A stretch of DNA of 64,000 nt. It comes from Myxococcota bacterium. Its GTDB lineage: Bacteria > Myxococcota_A > SURF-8. Shown piece after piece: positions 16,414 to 25,625 of this stretch (positions are counted from its first letter, which is position 1; each line of letters starts with the position of its first letter). The notes beneath the pieces are model-generated. The model did no database searches. It was not told the DNA's origin and saw only the letters and a list, made by a program, of their open reading frames with translations. The position numbers were made by a program, and so were the translations under genes. The stretch is taken from contig CAXXQS010000001.1 in assembly GCA_963674735.2 (NCBI GenBank), positions 2,592,001 through 2,656,000 of the forward strand, given 5' to 3'.

Positions 16414-18093
16414 TCATTCTTCCCGAAATGCGTCAACCAATCGCTCGCAATCGACCGGCACAGCGCCTTCCGGATTTTTGAATGGGGAGGCGCAATAGCT
16501 GAACAGGTATCCCATTGCTTCCACTCCCACCCTGTAAATCCGAAGCTCTTCTTCATCGAGGTCATAATCGGAGGGTAACCAGTCGTGCTCGCCGTCCGGC
16601 ACACTATCCGACCAAAGATTCCAGTTTGCGAAAGCTGAATATTCGTCCACGCCGCGGCTGAAGTATTCTTGAATACGACGAACCTCATCGCTCGTCAGCG
16701 GATAACCCGCCCCGGCGGCTTGAAGCTTATTCATATACCAGTCTCGTTCCCAGCGCTCCACCGTGGAATTGACCTTGCTCATATCCAAACTTATATCGCG
16801 CTTAAAGCGTTCCTCCAGACCATCCAGTGAATGGCGCGCCAAATCGTTAAAGCCGCGAACGAGCGCCCACTTGATTGCCGAAATATGGAAGGCGCGCATG
16901 ATGTGACTGTTGGGTGCGTTATTTTGGATCGAGAGTTTTTCATACGTGAGATCGCCTCCGAAATCGCTGCACACAACATCGCGTGGCGACTCGTATGCCA
17001 AGATTTCGGCAACAAGCTTATTGTTGCATTCGGCATTCGGGAAAACCTGGTCCCAGAACACAAAACTCGCCAGATCGCCGCCCCGCTCCGGATCGTACAT
17101 GGTTTCTTTATCGAAGATATAGGGTTGCCCTTCGTCGTCTTTGGTACGAATCTGGTAGCCGCTGTCGACGATGTCTTGGGTGAAGGCTTTCAACAGGTCG
17201 AAGGTTTCGCCGCAGGCCTCAAGCACAGACTCGTCTGTTGCCCGTAACGAGGCATACAGAACCGCCGCCGCCGTATCGAACAGGTAGCCAAGGCCATCCT
17301 TCGAACGCACGCTGGTGACCCACACTTCTCCCCAGTAAGGATTGTTTTCATATTTGAAGCGAGCGCAATTCCACCGATCGTAGGCATGGTACCAGTTGGA
17401 ATAATCGATGCCTTTCTCATAGCCGTCTTGCGTGGTGTATGTGTGATTGCTGGTGATGACGTTTCGGGCCATAAGGTGGGGCGCCGGGTCGTTTTCGTCG
17501 TAGACCATGCCCAGCATCGTTTGCGAAATACCTTTGCAGTACTGCTCGGTCAGGGTGCCGAGAACGGTGTCGCCCGTAAGCAGATACCCTCCGATCACAC
17601 TGGCTAATATGGTCGAATTCACCTTAAGGATATTATGGCCGCCATGCTCTTCCGACCAGTCATGCACGATGCTGACGGTGTTGTCCTGTTTGATCGCGTG
17701 GGTATCGCGCCACCACAGACGATAGTCGCGCATGCCGCTTGAAGCGTCCATGCCGTGGCTCATCCTCAACAGCCAATCGAAATAGTGTTTGCTTTGATAG
17801 AAGTCGATGAGATTCCGGGTAAAATCTGCCAGCTCATCGGTGCTTTGCGGTTGACCATCATCTTCGCGGGAATAGCTGAAGGGCAATGAATTCGGCAAAC
17901 CGTCCCCTGCGAGCTCCGCCTCGATTTCCGAATCGTTTTCCGAAGGATCGGCATCCGGGTTCGTGTCGTCGAACTCGCGATCCGCGTCGCCATCCGGAAG
18001 TTGCGAGGAAGAAGAATCTCCATCCGAACAAGCGAAACCGAACAGAATTGATAGACCGACTACGGCCAAGTATGAAAATGTGCGATACGGCAT
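16414..18093 (-). CDS. Hypothetical lipoprotein
   Basis: 559 aa ORF, lipobox GFAC, PDGD acidic linker; no family recognised. Confidence 0.75.
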   Translation of the reverse strand: MPYRTFSYLAVVGLSILFGFACSDGDSSSSQLPDGDADREFDDTNPDADPSENDSEIEAELAGDGLPNSLPFSYSREDDGQPQSTDELADFTRNLIDFYQSKHYFDWLLRMSHGMDASSGMRDYRLWWRDTHAIKQDNTVSIVHDWSEEHGGHNILKVNSTILASVIGGYLLTGDTVLGTLTEQYCKGISQTMLGMVYDENDPAPHLMARNVITSNHTYTTQDGYEKGIDYSNWYHAYDRWNCARFKYENNPYWGEVWVTSVRSKDGLGYLFDTAAAVLYASLRATDESVLEACGETFDLLKAFTQDIVDSGYQIRTKDDEGQPYIFDKETMYDPERGGDLASFVFWDQVFPNAECNNKLVAEILAYESPRDVVCSDFGGDLTYEKLSIQNNAPNSHIMRAFHISAIKWALVRGFNDLARHSLDGLEERFKRDISLDMSKVNSTVERWERDWYMNKLQAAGAGYPLTSDEVRRIQEYFSRGVDEYSAFANWNLWSDSVPDGEHDWLPSDYDLDEEELRIYRVGVEAMGYLFSYCASPFKNPEGAVPVDCERLVDAFREE

Positions 18094-18258
18094 GGTTGAT
18101 TTCTCCGCATTTCGTGTTGGTAGAGTCCAGTCCGATTTATCATCCGCGGGAGGGTAGCATATTGTATGAAGCAGTCAAGAAATGGCAGATTTCCATATCC
18201 AGTTGATGACGGATGGGTGGGGTTGCGGATTGAAAGGTGGCTGCAACGTCCTCCCGGC

Positions 18259-18307
18259 CTCGAATCCTCACCCCTCCGCTTCACGGACCCTCTCTCATTG
18301 GGAGAGG
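18259..18307 (+). repeat. Class D palindromic dispersed repeat
   Basis: Inverted copy of 13869-13920. Confidence 0.8.
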
Positions 18308-18656
18308 TCGCCGACCGAAGCTCGGCGGGTGGAGGGGCAACCGGTTGCCTATCGTTCGGTCAATGGCGTAACCCTATTTGCATTATGGAGTATTATACGC
18401 TCACCCCGAATAGGCGTTTGAAAAACGGTGTATCGAGGGAACCGGATGTCGGGATAGTCAATCGAAATGATCGATGGCCATGATTTTTGTTTATCAACCC
18501 ACCCCAACCCGAGCATCCCAGCGATTTGCAAACAGCATCCCGCAAAAAATAATAGGTCCATCGGGAAGAAGTGGGCCGCTGAATCGATCTATGCCTAGAG
18601 GTAACCGTATAGTCCCTGACCGTTGGCGTTCCGACGGCACAACAGAGGATGATGCG

Positions 18657-18986
18657 ATGTCCGATTTGACCACGCTGTCATGCATTCCCTGCAAAGGGGG
18701 TGTTCCGCCGCTCACCGGCCCCGCGCTTTCGACCCTGATGGCGCGGTTGGGTCCGGGCTGGCGACTCGACGGCGAGCATCACATCGAAAAGGATTTTGCC
18801 TTTCGGGATTTCAACGATGCATTGGCATTTACGAACCGAGTCGGGGCGCTGGCCGAAAAGGAAGGCCACCATCCCGATATTCACCTGAGCTGGGGCAAGG
18901 TGACGTTGACGATTTTCACGCACAAAATCAACGGACTCAGCGAGAGCGACTTCATTCTCGCGGCGAAAACGGACCAACTGCTGTAG
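18657..18986 (+). CDS. phhB: Pterin-4-alpha-carbinolamine dehydratase
   Basis: CIPCKGG N-terminus, AEKEGHHPDI, THKINGLSESDFILAAK; start ATG 18657 after GAGG. Confidence 0.92.
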   Translation: MSDLTTLSCIPCKGGVPPLTGPALSTLMARLGPGWRLDGEHHIEKDFAFRDFNDALAFTNRVGALAEKEGHHPDIHLSWGKVTLTIFTHKINGLSESDFILAAKTDQLL

Positions 18987-19064
18987 CGCTTCCTCTTTCT
19001 CACCCGTTGCCTCCCCGACCGGCCCTAACCGGCTCAACACGATCATTCAACAGGAGGCCCGACC

Positions 19065-19508
19065 ATGACAACCATCCGCGAAATTTTGAACGATAAAGGA
19101 CCGATTGTCGTTTCGATCCAGGAAAACAGCCATCTGCTCGAAGCCATCGACCGCCTCAACGAATTCTCCATCGGTTGCCTGGTGGTGATGAACGCCCAGG
19201 GACGCATGACCGGCGTGCTGACCGAACGCGACATTTTGCGCAACCTGCACCGCTACGGCAAAACCCTCGACGAGGTGCCCGTCTCCGATGTCATGAACCG
19301 CATCGTCTACACCGGCCGCCTCGACGACAACCTGGACGCGGTGATGGCGACCATGACGGAACGGCGCTTTCGCCATCTGCCGGTGGTCGATCACAACGAG
19401 CTGGTCGGTTTGATTTCCATCGGCGACGTGGTCAAACGGCTCAGCCATGAGCACGCCCGCGAAAACGCCATTCTGAAGGACTACATCAGCAGTCCCTACC
19501 CGGCGTAA
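19065..19508 (+). CDS. CBS-pair protein
   Basis: GVLTERDI, RHLPVVD..LVGLISIGDVVK; AGGAGG RBS. Confidence 0.9.
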   Translation: MTTIREILNDKGPIVVSIQENSHLLEAIDRLNEFSIGCLVVMNAQGRMTGVLTERDILRNLHRYGKTLDEVPVSDVMNRIVYTGRLDDNLDAVMATMTERRFRHLPVVDHNELVGLISIGDVVKRLSHEHARENAILKDYISSPYPA

Positions 19509-19580
19509 CCGGCTGTTTTCGGGGGGAACCGAGCCGAGATGAGCGGGTAATGGCGGATTAGGATGGGTGGAGTTTCAGGG

Positions 19581-19655
19581 GTAGGATGGGCAACAAGTTG
19601 CCCATCGCGTCGTCAAGTAAAGCTTCAAGAAGATGGGCAACAAGTTGCCCATCCT
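19581..19655. repeat. GTAG-type REP doublet (class B), right arm interrupted by IS110
   Basis: GTAGGATGGGCAACAAGTTGCCCATC..GATGGGCAACAAGTTGCCCATCCT; the missing terminal AC lies at 20832-20833, after the IS. Confidence 0.85.
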
Positions 19656-19669
19656 TGTATTATCCCTTT

Positions 19670-19870
19670 CAAGCGACTGTCATCGTTTGTGATGATAAGA
19701 TGAAACGACCTCCCGTAGCAAGCGGGAGGCCGTGGTGGGCGGCGAGATCGTCCCATCCTGGGGCCTGATGAGCCCGTTTTGTAGCCGGATCCGCCGTCCG
19801 TTTCGTCCGGGAAAACCCGAACAGTCGCAGGGGCCATTGTAATCGAAATGAGCCCGTATTGGCAAGGAAG
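19670..19870 (+). ncRNA. Putative IS110 bridge RNA
   Basis: Structured non-coding left end. Target-like guide tcccatcct (19751-59) and gtag (19781-84); donor-like guide acagtcgc (19821-28) and caag (19863-66). Boundaries are approximate. Confidence 0.8.
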
Positions 19871-19878
19871 GGTGCGCC

Positions 19879-20814
19879 ATGAAGAAATGGATCGGGATCG
19901 ACGTCAGCAAAGCCGTTTTCGATGTCGCCGTCGACGGCGAAAGCACGTGCGTCCGCTACGCTTACACCAAAGCCGGCATGACACGCTTCGTCCGTTCGTT
20001 GAAGCGGATCGAGGTGGAGGGCGTCGTGATGGAAGCCACCGGCGGCTACGAACGGGAGCTGTGCAAACGTCTTCAGAAAGCGGGTTGGCCGGTGGCGGTG
20101 GTCAATCCCCGGCGCATCCGGGATTATGCCCGCGCCGTCGGCGTGATGGCGAAAACGGATCGACTCGATGCGGGCATCATCGCACGCTACGCAGCCGCCA
20201 TGCGTCCCGCACCGAACGAAACGCTCGGCGAAACCGCCCTCCTGTTAAAAGCCCTGTCTTCACGGAGGCGGCAGCTGGTCGCCATGCGCACGATGGAGAA
20301 AAACCGCACCGAACACGTGGGCGATCGGACGATCGGACAAAGCCTGCACCGCATTCTGGAGGTGATCGAACGGGAAATCGAGCGGCTGGATCGGGCCATC
20401 GCGGCGGCCATTGCATCGGATCGGGAGCGCAGCGACCGGGCCGCGCGGCTCCAAACGATGCCGGGCGTCGGCGCGTGCACGGCGAATCTTCTGGTGACGG
20501 ATCTGCCGGAGCTGGGGATCTACAACCGGCGGCAGATCGCGGCGTTGATCGGCGTGGCGCCCATGAATCGGGACAGCGGAACGTTTCGGGGTAAACGCAT
20601 GACCGGCGGCGGTCGTCATCGCCTGCGCACGGCGCTCTACATGCCGACGCTGGTGGCGATTCAACACAACCCGGTGATTCGCGGACACTACCAGCGGCTG
20701 GTCGGACGCGGCAAACCGAAGATGACGGCGGTGGTGGCCTGCATGCGAAAATTGGTCCTCATTCTCAACACGATGATGCGGAAAAACGAAGCCTGGAACC
20801 CGAATTTCGCTTGA
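19879..20814 (+). CDS. IS110-family DEDD recombinase/transposase
   Basis: IGIDVSK (D), VMEATG (E), AKTDRLDA (DD), TMPGVG, RDSG (putative catalytic Ser), VACMRKL; 311 aa, intact. Confidence 0.96.
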   Translation: MKKWIGIDVSKAVFDVAVDGESTCVRYAYTKAGMTRFVRSLKRIEVEGVVMEATGGYERELCKRLQKAGWPVAVVNPRRIRDYARAVGVMAKTDRLDAGIIARYAAAMRPAPNETLGETALLLKALSSRRRQLVAMRTMEKNRTEHVGDRTIGQSLHRILEVIEREIERLDRAIAAAIASDRERSDRAARLQTMPGVGACTANLLVTDLPELGIYNRRQIAALIGVAPMNRDSGTFRGKRMTGGGRHRLRTALYMPTLVAIQHNPVIRGHYQRLVGRGKPKMTAVVACMRKLVLILNTMMRKNEAWNPNFA

Positions 20815-20816
20815 CA
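20811..20816 (+). promoter_or_regulatory. -35 half of the IS110 circle-junction promoter
   Basis: Joining the ends gives TTGACA-17 nt-TATTAT (the -10 is at 19658-63). Confidence 0.8.
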
Positions 20817-20892
20817 CCGATAACAGTCGCTACTTTTTTTTCTACGATCAACAAACCCAGTACCCGCCGGAAACGCACTCCGACACCCCCCT

Positions 20893-21672
20893 TCACCCCA
20901 TAAACTGCTCGCGCGCGACCGCGGCCAGCAGCAACACCAGAACCGCAATCGTCAAGGGGCGGATGATCCGTTCGCCGTTGCGCAGCACCAGACGCGACCC
21001 GAGCAGGTTGCCCGCAATACCGCCGCAAGCCGCGTAAATCGCCAGGGGAAACAGCACTTTGCCGTTGAGCAGAAAAATCGTTAGCGAACCGAGGTTGGAG
21101 GCCAGGTTGGCCAGGCGGGCATTGGCGGCCGCCGTCACCAGGTCGAAACGCAGAAGCAAGTAGAACGCAATCGCCATAAACGCCCCGGTGCCGGGACCGA
21201 AAAAGCCGTCGTAGCCGCCGATCAACCAGCCGATGCCGAAAGCCGCCAGCCATTGCCCCCGACGCGACAAGCGCAGCCCCGGCCCCCGCAACCAGCGGTC
21301 ACGAAACCAGAATGCCGCCGCCACGATGGGCACCAGCACCAGCAGCACCTGGCGCACGATCTCCGGGGGAGTCAACAGCGCCAGCTTGGCCCCCAAGGAC
21401 GCCCCAATCAGCGCCCCACCTGCCGCCAGCAAACCGAGCACCAGTTGCACGCGTCCCGCGCGGGCATAGCGGACGACCGCCGTCACCGTTCCCAGGCTGG
21501 ACGAGAATTTGTTGGTGGCCAGCGCCGTGTGCGGCGGCAGACCGAAAGCGAAATAAGCCGGTAAGCTGATCAAGCCGCCCCCGCCCGCAATCGAATCGAC
21601 AAATCCGGCCAGAAAGACCAGCCCCGTCAGCGAGATGATTTGAAGCGTGGAAAAATCGAGCGTTTCATACAT
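20893..21672 (-). CDS. TauE/SafE (TSUP) family membrane transporter
   Basis: AGFVDSIAGGGGLI, ALATNK, GYDGFFGPGTG. Confidence 0.92.
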   Translation of the reverse strand: MYETLDFSTLQIISLTGLVFLAGFVDSIAGGGGLISLPAYFAFGLPPHTALATNKFSSSLGTVTAVVRYARAGRVQLVLGLLAAGGALIGASLGAKLALLTPPEIVRQVLLVLVPIVAAAFWFRDRWLRGPGLRLSRRGQWLAAFGIGWLIGGYDGFFGPGTGAFMAIAFYLLLRFDLVTAAANARLANLASNLGSLTIFLLNGKVLFPLAIYAACGGIAGNLLGSRLVLRNGERIIRPLTIAVLVLLLAAVAREQFMG

Positions 21673-21724
21673 GAAGGCGTTGATCCGACGTTAAAGGAGG
21701 GGCCGATAAAAGCACACGGGAGAC

Positions 21725-22441
21725 TCAGTCGGCCGGATTATCGGGAACCGGCTCCGGCGCCGCCTCATTCGGTTCCCCGACATCGCCGCCATCGGGCGGA
21801 TCGATATTAATGTCCCCGTCCTCATCCCAACCGCGGTTATACATGGTTTGCAGGCAGGTCGAAAAGCGATCGCAGCTCACCGCCTGTACGCAGTCCAGGG
21901 AAATCTCGGGCACCCATCCGTAAAGCAGATCCTGCGCGCATTGTTCCTGACAAGACGGCACGTCCAGCGGCGCGATATAGTCGCAAGCGAGCATGCGACT
22001 GCAAACGCCGGTGCAACTCGCCTCGTAGTCGTCCAGATCATCCGTATCGGGGTCGATGGCGTTGCAGGAATAATCCGCCTCGCCGCCCAGCAACAGGCAC
22101 AGGCGGTAATCGTCGCAGTCGTCCGCATCGGCGCAGGCCAGCGGCGCCATGGACACCGACACGCCCCAGTCGGTATCCCCGATCAGCGCGCAGCCCTCGC
22201 GGCACTGCTCGACGCTGAAATCGAAGCTGTCGCCTTGCGCTTCGCAGGCTTCCTGGCGGTCGCACAGAACCTCGCAGCGCTCGGGACACTCCCCCGGTCC
22301 CGGTTCGCCCGACGGCCCCTCGCCATCTCCGCAGGCACAGAGCAGCAGCCCCATCGTCCAAACAAATCCGCCGACGACGAGGACCCGCCGCCATGACCGA
22401 CTCCCGGTTCCAATCCGTCGCACTCGAACAGGCAAGCCCAT
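21725..22441 (-). CDS. Cys-rich lipoprotein with two repeated Cys modules
   Basis: Lipobox LCAC; two C-x3-C-x5-C...C-x3-C modules; acidic tail; start uncertain. Confidence 0.6.
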   Translation of the reverse strand: MGLPVRVRRIGTGSRSWRRVLVVGGFVWTMGLLLCACGDGEGPSGEPGPGECPERCEVLCDRQEACEAQGDSFDFSVEQCREGCALIGDTDWGVSVSMAPLACADADDCDDYRLCLLLGGEADYSCNAIDPDTDDLDDYEASCTGVCSRMLACDYIAPLDVPSCQEQCAQDLLYGWVPEISLDCVQAVSCDRFSTCLQTMYNRGWDEDGDINIDPPDGGDVGEPNEAAPEPVPDNPAD

Positions 22442-22460
22442 CGCGAACCTCCCTCGTGTC

Positions 22461-23552
22461 TCAGACGACCTGGCCGCTCATCTTTTGAAGTTTGCGGATA
22501 TCGTTCATTTCACCCAGACAGATCAGGGTCATCCCCGGCTCCAAAACAAAACCGGCATCGGGATTGAAATCGTATTTGCGTTTCTTTTTGATTTCGATGG
22601 CCATAACGGTCAGGTTCATGGTGCGCCGGAAATTCAGTTCCATCAGCGTTTTGCCCGACAAATGCGAGCCTTCCGTCACCGGTACTTCCTCGATGCGGAT
22701 GTCCTGAGTCTGCTCGCGCATCATTTTGTCGAGAAAGGTGGTAACGGTGGGGCGCAGCATCTCGGAGGCCATCCGCAACCCGCCGATGAAGGTGGTCGTC
22801 ACCACGCGGTCGGCTCCGGCACGACGCAGTTTGCGCTCCGACTGCAGGCTGACGGCCTTGGTCACCACACGCAGCTTGGGGTTGATCTGCTTGGCCGACA
22901 CGATGATGAAGGCGTTGTCCTTGTCGTCGGTACAGGCAGCGATCACCCCGGAGGCCCGCTCGATACCCGCCGCCAACAGGGTGTCGTCGTCGCTGGCATC
23001 GCCGACGATGTACGGCACTTCTACTTCCAGCGATTCCATCGCCCGCTGCAACCGGTTTTCGTTGAGATCGATCATGACGAAAGGCTTGTGGGTGGCCTTG
23101 AGTTCCTCGGCCACATGCAGACCGGTCTCGCCCATACCGCAGATGATGATATGATTCTCCATCTTTCCCAACCTTTTCAGCATGCGCCGCCGGAACAGAA
23201 TGTCCCGCAGCTGGCCCTCGACGATGAAAGCCGTCAAAGAAGAAATGAAAAACAGAATGGAACCCATGCCCATCAAAATCAGGACCATGGTGAACACTTT
23301 GGCCGACGGATTGTGCCCGATGTCCAGCACTTCGCTGTAGCCGACGGTGGTCAGGGTGATGACGGTCATGTAAGCGCAGTCGAGAAGCGACCAGTGCCCT
23401 TCGCCTAAAAGCGAATATCCGACGATTCCCAAGGCGAACATGGACAGCATCAGCCCACCGGCTAAATACAGTTTTTTCACCGGATCGGCAAAATCGACCG
23501 ACTTGCGAATCCTGTGGGGCGTGTTCGCGCTCTTGGTGCTATTAATCCTCAT
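22461..23552 (-). CDS. Potassium channel protein with TrkA-N/TrkA-C (RCK) domains
   Basis: Pore TLTTVGYSE; Rossmann IICGMGETG; GDASDD; start uncertain. Confidence 0.9.
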   Translation of the reverse strand: MRINSTKSANTPHRIRKSVDFADPVKKLYLAGGLMLSMFALGIVGYSLLGEGHWSLLDCAYMTVITLTTVGYSEVLDIGHNPSAKVFTMVLILMGMGSILFFISSLTAFIVEGQLRDILFRRRMLKRLGKMENHIIICGMGETGLHVAEELKATHKPFVMIDLNENRLQRAMESLEVEVPYIVGDASDDDTLLAAGIERASGVIAACTDDKDNAFIIVSAKQINPKLRVVTKAVSLQSERKLRRAGADRVVTTTFIGGLRMASEMLRPTVTTFLDKMMREQTQDIRIEEVPVTEGSHLSGKTLMELNFRRTMNLTVMAIEIKKKRKYDFNPDAGFVLEPGMTLICLGEMNDIRKLQKMSGQVV

Positions 23553-23748
23553 CTACACTTTCAGCCATTCTCCTACGAGCGATTGAGCTCCCGTTCAAAT
23601 CGGATTTTCCGCACATTATACATGGAAGCAGGAAAAAAAGCGCCGATATCCTGTATGGTCACATGGCTTCTGCGAAAAAATGCATCGCTGTCCGTATATA
23701 TTCGCTATAATGGAATGGTTTGTCAACCCGAAGTATGAAGGAGACGTT

Positions 23749-25431
23749 GTGCTCACCGCCCTCGATCTCGGCATCGTAGCCGTTTACCTCGTCTTTTTAT
23801 TGGGGCTCGGCCTGTTTCTGCGGCACAAAGCCAACCGCGGGGTCAGCCACTATTTTCTTTCGGGCCGCTCCCTACCTTGGTGGGTGGCGGGGACTTCCAT
23901 GGCCGCCTCGGCTTTTTCGGCCGACACGCCGCTGTACGTCACCGACATCACACGCGCAGGCGGAATCGGGGCCAACTGGGAGTGGTGGTGCTACGCCATC
24001 GGCGGCGGCTTTTCGGTGTATTTCCTCGCGCGGCTGTGGCGACGCGCCGGTGTTCTGACGGACGTCGAGCTGACCGAGCTGCGCTATGACGGCCGGGGGG
24101 CGCGCTGGCTGCGGGCGCTGCGGGCGCTGATTATGTCGGTTCCCGTCAACTGCATCGCCATGGCGCTGGTGATCAAAGCCATGACCACCATCCTCTCCGA
24201 CTCCCTCGGAGTCGATCCCGCCTGGCTGATTCCCGTGTGCCTGGCGGTGACGCTGCTCTATTCGCTCTTGTCCGGTTTCTGGGGCGTGGTGGTTACCGAC
24301 TTCATCCAATTCATCCTGGCTTTCGCAGGTGCGTTGATTCTGGCGGGGGCGGCGGTGGCGGCCGTGGGCGGACTCGACAGTCTGGCCACCGAGATGCACG
24401 CGTTACCACCCGAGCGATCCCCGCTGAACCTGCTCCCGCGTGGTGGAGACGGTTTCTGGAGCAGCCTGCCCGCCGCTTTGGCGCTTTTGTTCGGGGTACA
24501 GTGGTGGGCCTTCATCAACGCCGACGGCGGCGGCAAGATCATCCAACGCCAACTCGCCTGCCGCGACGAACGCGAGGCGGTGCGCGCCACCATGTGGTTC
24601 ACCGTCACCCACTACGTCCTGCGCACCTGGCCCTGGATCGTGGTGGCGTTGGCCTCTCTGGTGCTGCTGCCCGACCTGGCCGAAGGCACGCGCGCCTATA
24701 CCGCCGTGATGCTGGAGGTGCTTCCGAGCGGCTGGCGCGGCTTCATGGTCGCGACCTTTCTGGCGGCGTTCATGAGCACCATCGACACCCAACTCAACTG
24801 GGGCTCCAGCTACTTCGTCCACGATTTCTACGCCCGTTTCGTGCGACCCGCGAGCAGCGAACGCCACCTGCTCAAGTTGTCGCGCCTGACAGGCATCGCC
24901 GCGCTGGTTCTGGCAGGCGTTTTCACCTACTTCAGCGACTCGGTGACGTCCATCTTCCGTTTTCTGCTGGCCATGGGCGCGGGGGTCGGGCCGATCTACC
25001 TGCTGCGCTGGTTCTGGTGGCGCGTCAACGCCTGGACGGAACTCGTGGCCATGCTCGCCTCCATGGGCGTCGCGACCGCCTGCCGCTGGGCGGGACTGCC
25101 GCTCGCACCCTCGCTGCTGATCACCCTGGCCGTCAGCCTGCCGCTCGCGCTGGCGGCGACCTTTCTCACCCGCCCGGTATCGGAGGAACACCTGCGCCGC
25201 TTCGTCATGCGCACGCGTCCCTTCGGAGCCTGGAGCCGTTTCCGCAGCGCCGACACGATCCCCGATCCGCTGTGGCCCGCCATCGGCGGCTGGCTGGCCT
25301 TTACGGCTGCGCTCTTTCTGCTGCTGTTCGGCACCGGCTGGCTGATTCTGGGTCCGACCGGCTGGGGTGTCGCCGCCCTCGCCGCTGCCTTGCCGCTGGG
25401 TTATTGGGCGTTACGAACCGCCGAAAGCTGA
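23749..25431 (+). CDS. Sodium:solute symporter family protein
   Basis: YFLSGRSLPWW, GVVVTDFIQF, AAFMSTIDTQLNWGSSY; GTG start after AAGGAG. Confidence 0.9.
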   Translation: MLTALDLGIVAVYLVFLLGLGLFLRHKANRGVSHYFLSGRSLPWWVAGTSMAASAFSADTPLYVTDITRAGGIGANWEWWCYAIGGGFSVYFLARLWRRAGVLTDVELTELRYDGRGARWLRALRALIMSVPVNCIAMALVIKAMTTILSDSLGVDPAWLIPVCLAVTLLYSLLSGFWGVVVTDFIQFILAFAGALILAGAAVAAVGGLDSLATEMHALPPERSPLNLLPRGGDGFWSSLPAALALLFGVQWWAFINADGGGKIIQRQLACRDEREAVRATMWFTVTHYVLRTWPWIVVALASLVLLPDLAEGTRAYTAVMLEVLPSGWRGFMVATFLAAFMSTIDTQLNWGSSYFVHDFYARFVRPASSERHLLKLSRLTGIAALVLAGVFTYFSDSVTSIFRFLLAMGAGVGPIYLLRWFWWRVNAWTELVAMLASMGVATACRWAGLPLAPSLLITLAVSLPLALAATFLTRPVSEEHLRRFVMRTRPFGAWSRFRSADTIPDPLWPAIGGWLAFTAALFLLLFGTGWLILGPTGWGVAALAAALPLGYWALRTAES

Positions 25432-25472
25432 TCACGGCATTTTCCGGGAGCCCGTCGGAGTATTGTAGTATT

Positions 25473-25545
25473 GTAGGTCGGACAGATCTTCTGTCCGACA
25501 CAAAGGGAGATTATAATTGTCGGACAAAGAATTTGTCCGACCTAC
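25473..25545. repeat. GTAG-type REP doublet, class A (second copy)
   Basis: 71/73 identical to the reverse complement of 13523-13595; an 8-bp tandem TATTGTAG overlaps its left edge. Confidence 0.9.
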
Positions 25546-25587
25546 TGAAGACTATTTCGTTGGAGATGAGCTTTAACGCGAAAATCA

Positions 25588-25625
25588 AGACAACCATGCG
25601 GAACAGGACAGAGCCTTGTTCCTAC
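25588..25625 (-). repeat. GTAG-type REP, class C
   Basis: Minus strand GTAGGAACAAGGCTCTGTCCTGTTCCGCATGGTTGTCT: GTAG followed by a hairpin. Confidence 0.75.

Larger units (their letters stand above)
19656..20831 (+). mobile_element. Complete IS110-family (IS621-like) insertion sequence, 1176 bp
   Basis: CT core on both sides (19654-55 and 20830-31). Removing the element restores GTTGCCCATCCTAC. Left end TGTATTATCCC; right end TTGACACCGATAACAGTCGCT. Confidence 0.9.
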
